A stretch of DNA of 64,000 nucleotides from Candidatus Fermentibacteraceae bacterium (lineage in GTDB: Bacteria; Fermentibacterota; Fermentibacteria; Fermentibacterales; JCC-6): positions 11,228 through 75,227 of the forward strand of contig JAMOUX010000025.1 in assembly GCA_027067855.1 (NCBI GenBank). Direction: 5' to 3'. This document shows positions 19,646 to 29,303 of the stretch, in pieces. Positions within the stretch are counted from its first letter, which is position 1; each line of letters opens with the position of its first letter. Under the pieces are notes generated by a model. It did not search any database. It saw only the letters and a list, made by a program, of their open reading frames with translations, and was not told where the DNA came from. A program made the translations under genes and the position numbers.

Positions 19646-20124
19646 AAGCGATGGCCGCCGTCGTATCGATGATTCTCCTGGCCGCAGCCTGCGGAGACGA
19701 AGGAGGAGCATCCGACACGGTGAAACTGTTCGCGGAATACCTTGCCGATTCGAGTTACCAGGAAGCCTGGGGACTCATCACCCCGGAATCCAGGGCAATG
19801 TTCGATTCCACCGCTTCGGTACTCCATAAATTCGGATGGCTGGAGGCACGTGAAGCGGTCGTGAAGTTCATGGGGGAAATGACCCGCGAAGAATTCGAGG
19901 AACTCACCGGAGAAGACATTTTCTGCAGGATGGTGATCAACGCCCCTGAAACCCGGGAACTCAGTACGAGCGTGAAGTCCGTATCTTTCCCGGACAGCTC
20001 CGTGGCGGTGGTGGTGATGAAGACCCGTGAAGGACTCCAGGAAATAATAGTGAGGAAATACAACGGGGAATGGCTGGTGGATCTTACCAACCTGTCACCT
20101 CCCGTGAGAGGAGAGGTGAGGTGA
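19642..20124 (+). CDS. Lipoprotein of unknown function (NTF2/DUF4878-like)
   Basis: Lipobox LAAAC; YQEAWGLITPES and GEWLVD patterns; ATGA overlap. Confidence 0.7.
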   Translation: MKAMAAVVSMILLAAACGDEGGASDTVKLFAEYLADSSYQEAWGLITPESRAMFDSTASVLHKFGWLEAREAVVKFMGEMTREEFEELTGEDIFCRMVINAPETRELSTSVKSVSFPDSSVAVVVMKTREGLQEIIVRKYNGEWLVDLTNLSPPVRGEVR

Positions 20125-20453
20125 AAACCGGGAACCGGGGCCTGGTTATATTTTCGATACTCTTCGTGGGGGCCGGCATACTTTTCCTGCTGTGGGGCCT
20201 GGGCATCCACGTGGGGAAATGGTGGCCGGTCTTCTTCACGGCCGTGGGTCTGGCATCATTTGCGAGAAACCCGGAAGAAACGGCCAACATCGTGTTCGGG
20301 CTGCTCCTCACAGGCTGGAGCATCGCAGGGATAGCATGTCTTCATGGAAATGAACTGGGCATTACGCATCCGCTTCCATTCTTCATCGGAGTATCCGTAC
20401 TCTGGATCCCGGTTTCGTGGATACTTTCCAGGATCATCACCAGGCGGAGCTGA
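20121..20453 (+). CDS. Small 4-TM membrane protein (LiaF/DUF5668-like)
   Basis: GAGILFLL...KWWPVF; GTGA overlap with upstream gene. Confidence 0.6.
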   Translation: MKTGNRGLVIFSILFVGAGILFLLWGLGIHVGKWWPVFFTAVGLASFARNPEETANIVFGLLLTGWSIAGIACLHGNELGITHPLPFFIGVSVLWIPVSWILSRIITRRS

Positions 20454-20673
20454 CGGCTGCGGAATCCCCGATCCGGGCACGAACGGATATTCACAGGAAC
20501 GGCGAATATCTTCGACGGCCCTCCGGAGTCGATCTACAAACTCACGGGTATTTCAGCAGGTCATTAATCGCCGCCGCCTCAAAAAACCGAAGTCGCTCCA
20601 TCCGGATTGACCCCGATTATCATTCCTCCATATTAGCCCCTTCGATCCGACGTTCAAAGAGGAAGGAGCCGTC

Positions 20674-22080
20674 GTGAAAGAAAAGTCCCGGACGAAACTG
20701 TTGGTCACACTGGGACCCTCTTCCGCCGATGTGGACGTTCTCACCGATATGATACGAGAAGGCATCGACGCCTGCAGGATAAATTTCTCCCACGGAGATC
20801 GCGGGCAACACCTGTCGTTCATGAACCTGGTCAAGAACATCAACGAAAGAATGGACACTCATGTCGCTCTTCTGGCCGACCTCAGGGGGGCCAAGATAAG
20901 GGTGGGGAACATTACCGGCGGTTCGATCACCCTGAGGCCGGGCGAAACTTTCCGGCTCACGGTGGACGGAAGAACCGGGGACTCTTCCGGAGTCTCGGTC
21001 AACTACCCTCCCCTGCCCGACGAGGTCGAACCCGGTGACGTGATTCTTCTGGACGACGGCAGGATACGACTGGAAGTAACGGACACGGTACCCGGGGATC
21101 ACGTGATCGCCAGGGTGATACACGGCGGAGTTCTGCTTCCCGGCAAGGGAGTCAACCTGCCTTCATCCAAGTTATCCCTGCCCGGTCTCACGATCGCGGA
21201 CGAGGAAGACGCCCTGTTCGCGGCGAAAAACGGCGTCGACTGGATCGCGGTGTCTTTTGTAAAATCGGCGGAGGACATGGAGAGACTGAGGAAACGCCTC
21301 CGGGGATATGAAGTCCGCCTGATAGCCAAGATAGAAAGATCGGAAGCGGTACGTCGGCTGGACGAAATAGTGGAAGCATCCGATGCGGTCATGGTGGCGC
21401 GGGGCGACCTGGGTGTGGAGATGAACTTCGACGAAGTTCCCATCCTGCAGAAAACCATTGTCCGCAAGTGCATGGAATCGGCCACGCCGGTTATAATCGC
21501 CACCCAGATGATGGAAAGCATGATTGAGCGATCCAGGCCCACCAGGGCCGAGGCCGCCGACGTAGCCAACGCCGTACTGGACGGTGCGGATACCCTGATG
21601 CTCAGCGGAGAGACCGCCATGGGCCGCCACCCCGTATTGGTGGTGAAAAGCATGCAGGCCATCATAAACACCACCGAAAAACACGGAATGCCACCCCTCC
21701 GGAGATCGGCTTCCCCGGGCTCCATTCCCGACTTCATATGCCGCAGCGCGGTGGACATGGCCGAAAGAGCCGGCGCCCGGGCCATAGTCACCTTCACGCA
21801 TTCCGGGTATACGGCGGTAAGAATATCCTCGCACAGGCCCGAAGCCGGAATATTCGCCTTCACCACTAATCCCGGGTTGTTGTCGATATTATCGCTGGTG
21901 TGGGGGGTGCGGGCCTTTCACCTGGACAGCACCGGTCACATCAAGGACTATGTCCAGCGTTCCCTGGAGTTCCTGAAGAAACGGGACCTGGTTCGGAAGG
22001 GAGACCTGGTTGTCCACGTTGGAAGCATTCCCCTGCAGCTTCGCGGCAGGACCAACATGCTGAAACTGACGAAGGTCTGA
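20674..22080 (+). CDS. pyk: Pyruvate kinase
   Basis: TLGPS, RINFSHG, IAKIE, MVARGDLG, ATQMMESM, PTRAE, MLSGETA. Confidence 0.97.
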   Translation: MKEKSRTKLLVTLGPSSADVDVLTDMIREGIDACRINFSHGDRGQHLSFMNLVKNINERMDTHVALLADLRGAKIRVGNITGGSITLRPGETFRLTVDGRTGDSSGVSVNYPPLPDEVEPGDVILLDDGRIRLEVTDTVPGDHVIARVIHGGVLLPGKGVNLPSSKLSLPGLTIADEEDALFAAKNGVDWIAVSFVKSAEDMERLRKRLRGYEVRLIAKIERSEAVRRLDEIVEASDAVMVARGDLGVEMNFDEVPILQKTIVRKCMESATPVIIATQMMESMIERSRPTRAEAADVANAVLDGADTLMLSGETAMGRHPVLVVKSMQAIINTTEKHGMPPLRRSASPGSIPDFICRSAVDMAERAGARAIVTFTHSGYTAVRISSHRPEAGIFAFTTNPGLLSILSLVWGVRAFHLDSTGHIKDYVQRSLEFLKKRDLVRKGDLVVHVGSIPLQLRGRTNMLKLTKV

Positions 22081-22084
22081 CCGA

Positions 22085-22573
22085 TCATATAGGGTGAATT
22101 ATCGGTTCCTCCTTGAGCACCCTGCTCAACAGGTAAGCGGCCTTGTCGGCCTCCCGATCGTCCAGAACCACGAAAACCCTGCTCCGGCTGGCGGCTATGT
22201 GTTTTACGTCCACGTTTTCCCGTTCCAGGGCCGACAGTGAAACCGCCATGGTGCCCAGAACCGTCTCGTAGTTGATCTCTTCCAGATCGAAGCTGAGTAT
22301 CGCAAGGCCGTGCTGCTCCGTCACCTTCCTTATTCCCAACTCATCCTTCACATGTTCCACGGCCTCGCGAGCCGCATCGTGGGAATCTTCCGAAACACTG
22401 AAAGAAATGTCGCCTTCCGTCTTTCCGTGTTCGGTGTTGAACATGTGAACTATGTTGACGTTCCTCTTCCCCAATTCGCCGAAGAGTCTTCCCGCCACCC
22501 CGGGTTTCGCGGGCACTCCGTGGCACGTGAATCTTACTATCCTTCTCCGTCTTGTGACGAGAACTTCACTCAT
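22085..22573 (-). CDS. Stand-alone tandem ACT-domain protein (aspartokinase beta-subunit-like)
   Basis: GVPAKPGVAGRLFGELGKRNVNI...DISFSV resembles aspartokinase ACT1; second ACT-like half; no kinase domain. Confidence 0.75.
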   Translation of the reverse strand: MSEVLVTRRRRIVRFTCHGVPAKPGVAGRLFGELGKRNVNIVHMFNTEHGKTEGDISFSVSEDSHDAAREAVEHVKDELGIRKVTEQHGLAILSFDLEEINYETVLGTMAVSLSALERENVDVKHIAASRSRVFVVLDDREADKAAYLLSRVLKEEPIIHPI

Positions 22574-22601
22574 GTGTCTCCCTTTCCGCGGCGGTCCGGT
22601 T

Positions 22602-24056
22602 CTACTCCACCGCCTCGACCGCTATCTTCGCGGCTTCGCGTATCAACTCCGGAGGAGGTTCCCGGATGAAACCGTCTTCCATGAGCTTGCCGAACAACTC
22701 CCTGGCCATCGTTATGTCCCGTCTGGCCTCTTCCACCACCTGTTCCCTGGAAATCACTCTCCGGGCAACCCCGTCCTCGACGGCTTGCATCGCCACGTCG
22801 GCGGCTTCCTCCGGAAATACGTCGGCCTCGTCCATTGTGGGAATTATGTAGTCCGGGCTCAATCCTTTTTTCCCGGCGAAAGCAGCCAGGGAACGGGCTG
22901 CGGCCACGGCCATGTTATCGGTGATGGCGCTGGCCCTCACCAGCAGGGCGCCCTTCAGAATACCCGGGAATCCCAGTGAGTTGTTCACCTGGTTGGGAAA
23001 GTCACCCCTTCCGGTAGCCACGATGGCCGCCCCGGCCTCCTTGGCTTCGTAGGGATATATTTCCGGAACGGGATTGGCGCATGCGAAAACTATGGGATCC
23101 TTGTTCATGGATCTTATCCAATCTCCGGGTATCAATCCCGGACCCGGCCTGGAGACGGCCACCAGGACGTCCGCTCCCTTAATCGCTTCCTCGTGGGTTT
23201 TCAGCATCCCGGGGTTGGTGGAGAGGCAGAGTTCCCATTTCCTGTAGAATCTCTCGTCCTCTTCCACATCCTTCCTGTTACGTGACAGGCTTCCCCTGGA
23301 ATCGAACATCACCATCTTCGAGGGGTCTCCTCCGGCGGTTATTATCAACCTGGCTATGGTGGTGTTGGAAGCACCGGCCCCTATGAAGACTATCCTAACG
23401 TCTTCCAGCTTCTTTCCCACCACCTCCAGCGCACCCAGCAACCCGGCCAGGGTAACGCATCCGGTTCCCTGCGCGTCGTCGTGCCATACCGGAATGTCGC
23501 ATTCCTCACGAAGAGTATCCAACACTTTGAAACAGTTGGGCTGCGAGATGTCCTCCAGGTTTATGGCCCCGAAACTGGGTTCCGCCATCTTGACGAAGTC
23601 TATGATCTTGTCCGGGTCCGGATTTCCCCGGGCATCCCTGTTGTTTATGCAAAGCGCGACGGCGTCCACACCGCCCAGGTACTTCATGAGAAAGGCCTTG
23701 CCTTCCATTACCCCGAGTCCTCCCGGCGGAGTGCAGTCCCCGTCTCCCAGCACCCTGGTGGAATCACTCACCACGCCTACGAAATTGCCCTTGTTGGTGA
23801 GGTCGTAGGCCGCCCCGTTGTCTTCCCGGATGGCTGTGGACACCTTGGACACACCGGGGGTGTACCAGACATTGAACCAGTTGAAGCCGTAAAGACCGGC
23901 CTTGGGTACGGTCATCATCTTCCCCCGGTAGAACTTGTGCATCCTGTAGGCGAGTTCCTTCAGGAAGACGGTCTTGCCTTTCGCTCTCTGTTCTTCGGTG
24001 AAATGGTCGGGGAAGATGCTTCCAAGGTTCTCCAGGGACAAGTCGAAATCTTTCAT
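22602..24056 (-). CDS. NAD(P)-dependent malic enzyme
   Basis: YTPGVS, VMEGKA, INLEDI, HDDAQGT, GAGAS, ANPVPEI, TGRGDFPNQVNN. Confidence 0.93.
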   Translation of the reverse strand: MKDFDLSLENLGSIFPDHFTEEQRAKGKTVFLKELAYRMHKFYRGKMMTVPKAGLYGFNWFNVWYTPGVSKVSTAIREDNGAAYDLTNKGNFVGVVSDSTRVLGDGDCTPPGGLGVMEGKAFLMKYLGGVDAVALCINNRDARGNPDPDKIIDFVKMAEPSFGAINLEDISQPNCFKVLDTLREECDIPVWHDDAQGTGCVTLAGLLGALEVVGKKLEDVRIVFIGAGASNTTIARLIITAGGDPSKMVMFDSRGSLSRNRKDVEEDERFYRKWELCLSTNPGMLKTHEEAIKGADVLVAVSRPGPGLIPGDWIRSMNKDPIVFACANPVPEIYPYEAKEAGAAIVATGRGDFPNQVNNSLGFPGILKGALLVRASAITDNMAVAAARSLAAFAGKKGLSPDYIIPTMDEADVFPEEAADVAMQAVEDGVARRVISREQVVEEARRDITMARELFGKLMEDGFIREPPPELIREAAKIAVEAVE

Positions 24057-24077
24057 CTCACAACCCTTCAGCCGTTG

Positions 24078-24635
24078 CTAACGATTTCGGCGGTATTCCG
24101 CCACCCCCTTCTCGAACAGATCGTTTCCAGCGGTGTCGTTCACCACGAAAAGGGGCATCTTCTCCACTACGAGTCTCCTCACCGCCTCGGGGCCCAGGTC
24201 CTCGTAAGCTATTACCTCGGCTTCCCTGACGGTCGAAGCTATGCCGGCGGCGGCGCCTCCAACCGCGGCCAGGTAAACGGCGCCGTTTCTAACCATCGAT
24301 TCGCGCACGGCCCTGGACCTCGGACCTTTGCCGATCGTACCCTTCAACCCGTGATCCAGCAGGATCGGAGTGTATACGTCCATCCTGTAACTCGTGGTGG
24401 GCCCTGCCGAGTTCATGATCTGGCCCGGTCGGGCCGGAGCCGGGCCCACGTAATAGATTACGGCTCCCTCCAGATCGAAGGGCAGTTCTTCACCATTTTC
24501 CAGAAGGGCCACCAACCTCTTGTGGGCCGCATCCCTGGCCGTGTATATCTCCCCGGACAACAACACCTTGTCACCAGATTTCAGTTCCGCCAGCAGTTTT
24601 CCATCCAGGGGGGTAGTGAGTTCAATCGTCTTCAA
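24078..24635 (-). CDS. Class I fumarate hydratase (Fe-S hydro-lyase) beta subunit
   Basis: TARDAAHKR, GPTTSYRM, IGKG, DLGPEA; TTG start at 24635 after GAGGAG. Confidence 0.9.
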   Translation of the reverse strand: MKTIELTTPLDGKLLAELKSGDKVLLSGEIYTARDAAHKRLVALLENGEELPFDLEGAVIYYVGPAPARPGQIMNSAGPTTSYRMDVYTPILLDHGLKGTIGKGPRSRAVRESMVRNGAVYLAAVGGAAAGIASTVREAEVIAYEDLGPEAVRRLVVEKMPLFVVNDTAGNDLFEKGVAEYRRNR

Positions 24636-24654
24636 TTCGCTCTCCTCCCGCTTC

Positions 24655-25500
24655 CTAGATCGTTCTTTCTCCATGCCTGTCGGCATGGCACTGCATGTTG
24701 ACCGCCACCGGCATGGACGCTATATGACAAGGCAGGGTCTTCACATGAACCGCAAGAGCGGTGATTCTTCCCCCCAGTCCCTGCGGACCTATTCCAAGAT
24801 TGTTGATCCTCTCAAGCATCTCCTCTTCCGCCCGCCGGTACCTCGGATCCGGATTGGGTTCGCCTATCTTTCTCATCAGCGCCTCCTTGGCAAGGAGGGC
24901 GCATCTCTCGAAATCACCGCCTATTCCAACCCCCACCACCACGGGGGGACACGGATTGCCGCCGGACCTGGACACCCTGTCCACCACGAAATCTTTCACT
25001 CCCTCGATACCGTCCGCGGCGGTCATCATCCTGACCTCGCTCATGTTCTCGGCCCCGCCTCCCTTGGGAGCGAAAATCACCTTCACCTTCTCTCCGGGAA
25101 CCATCCTGGTGTAGATTATTGCAGGAGTATTGTCTCCGGTGTTCTTCCTATCCAGCACCGGGTCGTCCACCATTGATTTTCTGAGGTAACCCTGGGTATA
25201 CCCCTGCCTGACCCCCTCGTTCACCGAATCCTCCAGTGATCCGCCCACCAGGTGCACATCCTGACCTATTTCGAGAAAGACCACCGCAACGCCGGTGTCC
25301 TGGCAGATGGGCATGTTCTCCCTTTCCGCGATAACATGATTGTCCAGGATAACCTGGAGGATTTCCCGTCCGAGGGGGGATTCCTCTACCTGCAGAGCCT
25401 TGCGTAACGCCGCCTTCACGTCTTCGGGAAGGCGGATGTTGGTCTCGATGGATAATTCCTTCACGGCCCGGGTGATCTCGGCAACATTCAGTTCTCTCAA
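24655..25500 (-). CDS. Class I fumarate hydratase (Fe-S hydro-lyase) alpha subunit
   Basis: PICQDTG, KGGGAEN, GGNPCPP, GPQGLGG, CHIAS, QCHADR. Confidence 0.92.
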   Translation of the reverse strand: MRELNVAEITRAVKELSIETNIRLPEDVKAALRKALQVEESPLGREILQVILDNHVIAERENMPICQDTGVAVVFLEIGQDVHLVGGSLEDSVNEGVRQGYTQGYLRKSMVDDPVLDRKNTGDNTPAIIYTRMVPGEKVKVIFAPKGGGAENMSEVRMMTAADGIEGVKDFVVDRVSRSGGNPCPPVVVGVGIGGDFERCALLAKEALMRKIGEPNPDPRYRRAEEEMLERINNLGIGPQGLGGRITALAVHVKTLPCHIASMPVAVNMQCHADRHGERTI

Positions 25501-26372
25501 TTTAATCCTCCCAGTCCCGCCGCCACCAGGTCGACTATCTCCTCTATGGTTTCGGCCACGGGGATGCCGCTCCGGGAAAGGGCTTCCACCTTGGCCTCCA
25601 CGGTGCTCTCGACCCCGGAGATTATGGCCCCGGCGTGTCCCATCCTTTTGCCGGGGGGAGCGCTTCTTCCCACTATGTAACTCACCACCGGCTTGTGGAA
25701 AGTTTCCGCAACGAATGCCGCGGCGTCCTGTTCGTCGGTACCGCCTATCTCTCCTACCATGACCACCAGTTCCGTTCCGGGATCTTCCGCGAAAAGCTCC
25801 ATGTAATCCCTGTACTTCATACCCACCACCGGGTCACCTCCCATGCCGATGGCGGTGGACTGGCCGAAGCCGGCGGCAGTGAGACGCTTGACGATTTCGT
25901 AAGTCAGGGTTCCGCTCCTGGATATCACTCCCACCGGCCCGGGCTCGAAGATTCCGCCGGGCATGATCCCGACTTTGCATTCCCCCGGCGAGATGAGACC
26001 CGGACAGTTGGGACCCGTGAGCTTCACTCCCATTCCGTCCAACTCATTAACCACCCTGGACATATCGAGAACGGGAATTCCCTCGGTTACCGCCACCACG
26101 AGATCCGCTCCCGCATGAGCTCCCTCGAGCACCGCATCGGCGGCGAACGGAGCAGGCACGAATATCACCGAACAATTCGCCCCGGTCTTTTCCACGGCTT
26201 TCCTACAGGTATTGAAAACCGGAATTCCGTCGTACGTTTCTCCTTCCCTTCCCGGGTGGACCGCCGCCACAACCCGGGTTCCGTACCGGAGCATCCGGCC
26301 CGCATGGAAAGAGCCGTCACGACCCAGTCCCTGGACCATCAGCCGGGTGTTTTCTCCTATGAGAATGCTCAC
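25497..26372 (-). CDS. sucD: Succinyl-CoA ligase alpha subunit
   Basis: GPNCPG, SRSGTLTYE, GGDP, GEIGG, RMGHAGAI (phospho-His). Confidence 0.93.
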   Translation of the reverse strand: MSILIGENTRLMVQGLGRDGSFHAGRMLRYGTRVVAAVHPGREGETYDGIPVFNTCRKAVEKTGANCSVIFVPAPFAADAVLEGAHAGADLVVAVTEGIPVLDMSRVVNELDGMGVKLTGPNCPGLISPGECKVGIMPGGIFEPGPVGVISRSGTLTYEIVKRLTAAGFGQSTAIGMGGDPVVGMKYRDYMELFAEDPGTELVVMVGEIGGTDEQDAAAFVAETFHKPVVSYIVGRSAPPGKRMGHAGAIISGVESTVEAKVEALSRSGIPVAETIEEIVDLVAAGLGGLN

Positions 26373-27517
26373 CTTCCGGCACCTCCCTTCCCTGCAAGCA
26401 GGATGGCTTCCCGGGCAGCCTCCGTCATGTCTCCGAAAGCCTTGATGCCGTGCTCGGAAAGTATTTTTATCCCCTCGACTTCGTTCGTCCCGGTGAGGCG
26501 CACCACCATGGGGAGCTTGAGATCGACGGTCGAGACGGCCTTCACCAGGCCGTTGGCCACATCATCGCATCTTGTTATACCACCGAAGACATTCACGAAA
26601 ATGACCTTCACATTATCGTCAGACACCAGGAGTTTCATGGCGTGGACTACTTTTTCCGGGTTCGAACTGCCTCCTATATCCAGAAAATTGGCCGGCGTAC
26701 CACCCAGGTGCTTTATTACGTCCATAGTGGCCATGGCCAGACCCGCCCCGTTCACCATGCAGCCTATCTCGCCGTCGAGTCGGACGTAAGACAGGCCGTG
26801 TTTCCTGGCTTCCAGTTCCTTCAGCTCGGCGGGAGAGGGGAGGCGCAGCGACTCCAGATCGGGATGTCTGAACAGAGCGTTGTCGTCGATGACCATCTTA
26901 GCATCCAGAGCGATTATCATTCCGTCTTCGAGTCTGGCCAGGGGGTTTATCTCTACCAGAGTGGCGTCCAGGGAGTTCATGCATCTCCACAGCTTCACCA
27001 TTACGGAAGCCGCATCCAGCGCGTTCTTCTTGCCCTGGAACACCTTGAACGCCATTTCCTTCGCCTCGAAAAACCTGAGCCCCTTATGTGGATCGACGGG
27101 ATGGAAGAAAATCTTTTCCGGAGTTTCCGCAGCCACTTTCTCTATGTCCATGCCCCCTGATGCGGAGACCATCATCACCGGGACCTTCCGTTTCCTGTCC
27201 ACGGTGATGCCCAGGTAATACTCGCCGGCTACGGACAGCGCCGGATCGACCAGCAGACGTTCCACCACGAACCCCTTGATGTTCATGCCCAGTATTTTCC
27301 CGGCCGCTTCACCGGCCTCCCGGGGAGTCCGTGCGAGCTTGACGCCCCCGGCCTTGCCCCTACCTCCGGTTTTCACCTGGGCCTTGACAACCACGGGACA
27401 TCCCAATTCTTCCGCCGCCGCTTCCGCACCGGAGACGGTGGTCACCATTCTGCCCCTGGGCACCGGTATGCCGTGCTCGTCGAAGAGTTTCTTGGCTTGA
27501 AATTCCTCCAGTTTCAT
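26369..27517 (-). CDS. sucC: Succinyl-CoA ligase beta subunit
   Basis: KAQVKTGGRGKAGGV, EINPL, NGAGLAMATMD, NFLDIGG, FGGITRCD. Confidence 0.94.
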   Translation of the reverse strand: MKLEEFQAKKLFDEHGIPVPRGRMVTTVSGAEAAAEELGCPVVVKAQVKTGGRGKAGGVKLARTPREAGEAAGKILGMNIKGFVVERLLVDPALSVAGEYYLGITVDRKRKVPVMMVSASGGMDIEKVAAETPEKIFFHPVDPHKGLRFFEAKEMAFKVFQGKKNALDAASVMVKLWRCMNSLDATLVEINPLARLEDGMIIALDAKMVIDDNALFRHPDLESLRLPSPAELKELEARKHGLSYVRLDGEIGCMVNGAGLAMATMDVIKHLGGTPANFLDIGGSSNPEKVVHAMKLLVSDDNVKVIFVNVFGGITRCDDVANGLVKAVSTVDLKLPMVVRLTGTNEVEGIKILSEHGIKAFGDMTEAAREAILLAGKGGAGR

Positions 27518-27674
27518 CGCGTCTCCGTAACTTTTGAGTTTTCACGGCCTTCTTGAATTCATGTTTTCGAAAATATCACATGATCTGTCCTGCGAACAAG
27601 TGAAATCACAACGTCCCTCCGGAGGATCCCGCAAGTATATTCCGGCAAGACACGTTTTACGAAGGAGAGATTTC

Positions 27675-29186
27675 ATGTCCGATGTCGAAATCAGAACCAG
27701 GCTCGCTCCGTCTCCCACCGGCGCCCCTCACGTGGGAACCGCCTACCAGGCTCTCTTCGGCTACGTATGGGCCAGGAAGAACGGCGGAAAGTTCGTATTG
27801 CGCATAGAGGATACCGACAGGGAAAGGTCCTCCGCGGAATCGGAGAGGGCTATAATCGACTCTCTCGGGTGGCTCGGAATCAAGTGGGACGAGGGTCCCG
27901 ACATCGGAGGTCCGTACGGTCCCTATCGACAGAGCGAGAGGCTCGAGATATACCACCGTCACGTGGAGAAACTGGTGGCGGAAGGTCACGCCTACCCGTG
28001 CTTCTGTAGCAGGGAAAGGCTTGAAAGGGTACGGAAGGAGAGGCAGAAATCCGGCGCCGGCAGCGGCTATGACAGGAAGTGCAGGAACATCCCCCCGGAG
28101 GAAGCCGGAAAGAGAGTGGAGAACGGGGAGGAATTCACCGTCAGAATGAAGGTTCCACTGGAAGGAACCTGCCGTTTCACCGATTTTCTCCGGGGCGAAA
28201 TCAAAAAGGACTGGAGTTCGATAGACGACCAGGTCATTCTGAAGGCGGACGGATACCCCACGTACCACCTCGCCGTGGTGGTGGACGACCACCTGATGAA
28301 GATATCCCACGTGATAAGAGGCGAGGAATGGATAAACTCCGTTCCCAAGCACATTCTCCTCTACCGATTCTTCGGCTGGAAACCGCCGGTGTTCTGCCAC
28401 CTGCCACTGCTGCGCAACAAAGACCGCAGCAAACTTTCCAAGAGAAAGAACCCGGTCTCCCTCGAGTGGTACAGGAGAACCGGCATACTGCCCGAGGCGC
28501 TCCTGAATTTCCTGGGCCTAATGGGCTGGCATCCCGCTGACGACGAAGAAAAATTCTCCGTGGAGGAGATGGTGGAGAAGTTCAGGCTGGAGGACGTGAG
28601 CCTCGGTGGCCCCGTCTTCGACCTGGATAAGCTCAAGTGGCTGAACGGAAGATATATACGCGAAGACCTGACCACGGAACAACTCATGAACCGGTTGGAG
28701 GAATGGGCACTCAACCGGGACAATTTCACCAGGATACTGGAAACCTGCAAGGGAAGGATGACCACTCTTTCCGACTGGGGCAGGCTCACTCCCCATTTTT
28801 TCACCGAAGACATAGAGTACCGGAAGGAAGACCTGCTGCTGGACGGTTTGGACGAAACCGGCACGTGCGAAGTTCTCCAGGTCGTCCTGTGGGAATTGGA
28901 GAGACTGACTCCCTTCGACAAGGACACTATCTACCGCATGTTCAGGAAACTCTCGGACAGAACCGGAATCAAACTGAAGAAGCTTACCGCTCCCCTGTAC
29001 GTGGCCGTCAGTGGAAAGACGGTCTCGACTCCCCTCTTCGACACCATGGAGATACTGGGATCCGACGTGACCAGGATGCGCATCAGGAAAGCCATGGAAA
29101 GACTGGGAGGACTCTCGGGAAAAAGGTTGAAGAAGCTGGAGAAGGAATACGAACGCTCGAACGTGACCGGTCGTGGGCTTGACTGA
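27675..29186 (+). CDS. gltX: Glutamate--tRNA ligase
   Basis: APSPTG-PHVG, LRIEDTD, YRQSER, CFCS, HVIRGEEW, KLSKR. Confidence 0.97.
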   Translation: MSDVEIRTRLAPSPTGAPHVGTAYQALFGYVWARKNGGKFVLRIEDTDRERSSAESERAIIDSLGWLGIKWDEGPDIGGPYGPYRQSERLEIYHRHVEKLVAEGHAYPCFCSRERLERVRKERQKSGAGSGYDRKCRNIPPEEAGKRVENGEEFTVRMKVPLEGTCRFTDFLRGEIKKDWSSIDDQVILKADGYPTYHLAVVVDDHLMKISHVIRGEEWINSVPKHILLYRFFGWKPPVFCHLPLLRNKDRSKLSKRKNPVSLEWYRRTGILPEALLNFLGLMGWHPADDEEKFSVEEMVEKFRLEDVSLGGPVFDLDKLKWLNGRYIREDLTTEQLMNRLEEWALNRDNFTRILETCKGRMTTLSDWGRLTPHFFTEDIEYRKEDLLLDGLDETGTCEVLQVVLWELERLTPFDKDTIYRMFRKLSDRTGIKLKKLTAPLYVAVSGKTVSTPLFDTMEILGSDVTRMRIRKAMERLGGLSGKRLKKLEKEYERSNVTGRGLD

Positions 29187-29207
29187 GGCGCCTCCGTCTT
29201 CGATATT
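29179..29207 (+). promoter_or_regulatory. Putative promoter for tRNA-Glu
   Basis: TTGACT-17 nt-GATATT followed by a GC-rich discriminator, just upstream of the tRNA. Confidence 0.35.
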
Positions 29208-29225
29208 TGCGCCCTGAAAAGACGC

Positions 29226-29300
29226 GCTCCCATCGTCTAGCGGTCAGGACGCTGGCCTCTCACGCCGGAAACCGGGGTTCGATTCCCCGTGGGAGCGCCA
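29226..29300 (+). tRNA. tRNA-Glu (anticodon CTC)
   Basis: GCTCCCA/TGGGAGC acceptor stem, anticodon arm CTGGC-CTCTCAC-GCCGG, GGTTCGATTCC T-arm, encoded CCA. Confidence 0.97.
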
Positions 29301-29303
29301 TTT

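Noticed and set aside
20484..20532. Inverted repeats upstream of pyk (GATATTC/GAATATC and TCGAC/GTCGA)
   Set aside because: Short, with no second copy or known operator match; could be a weak terminator or chance
29226..29300. tRNA as integration site of a mobile element
   Set aside because: No integrase and no duplicated tRNA 3' end seen in the window
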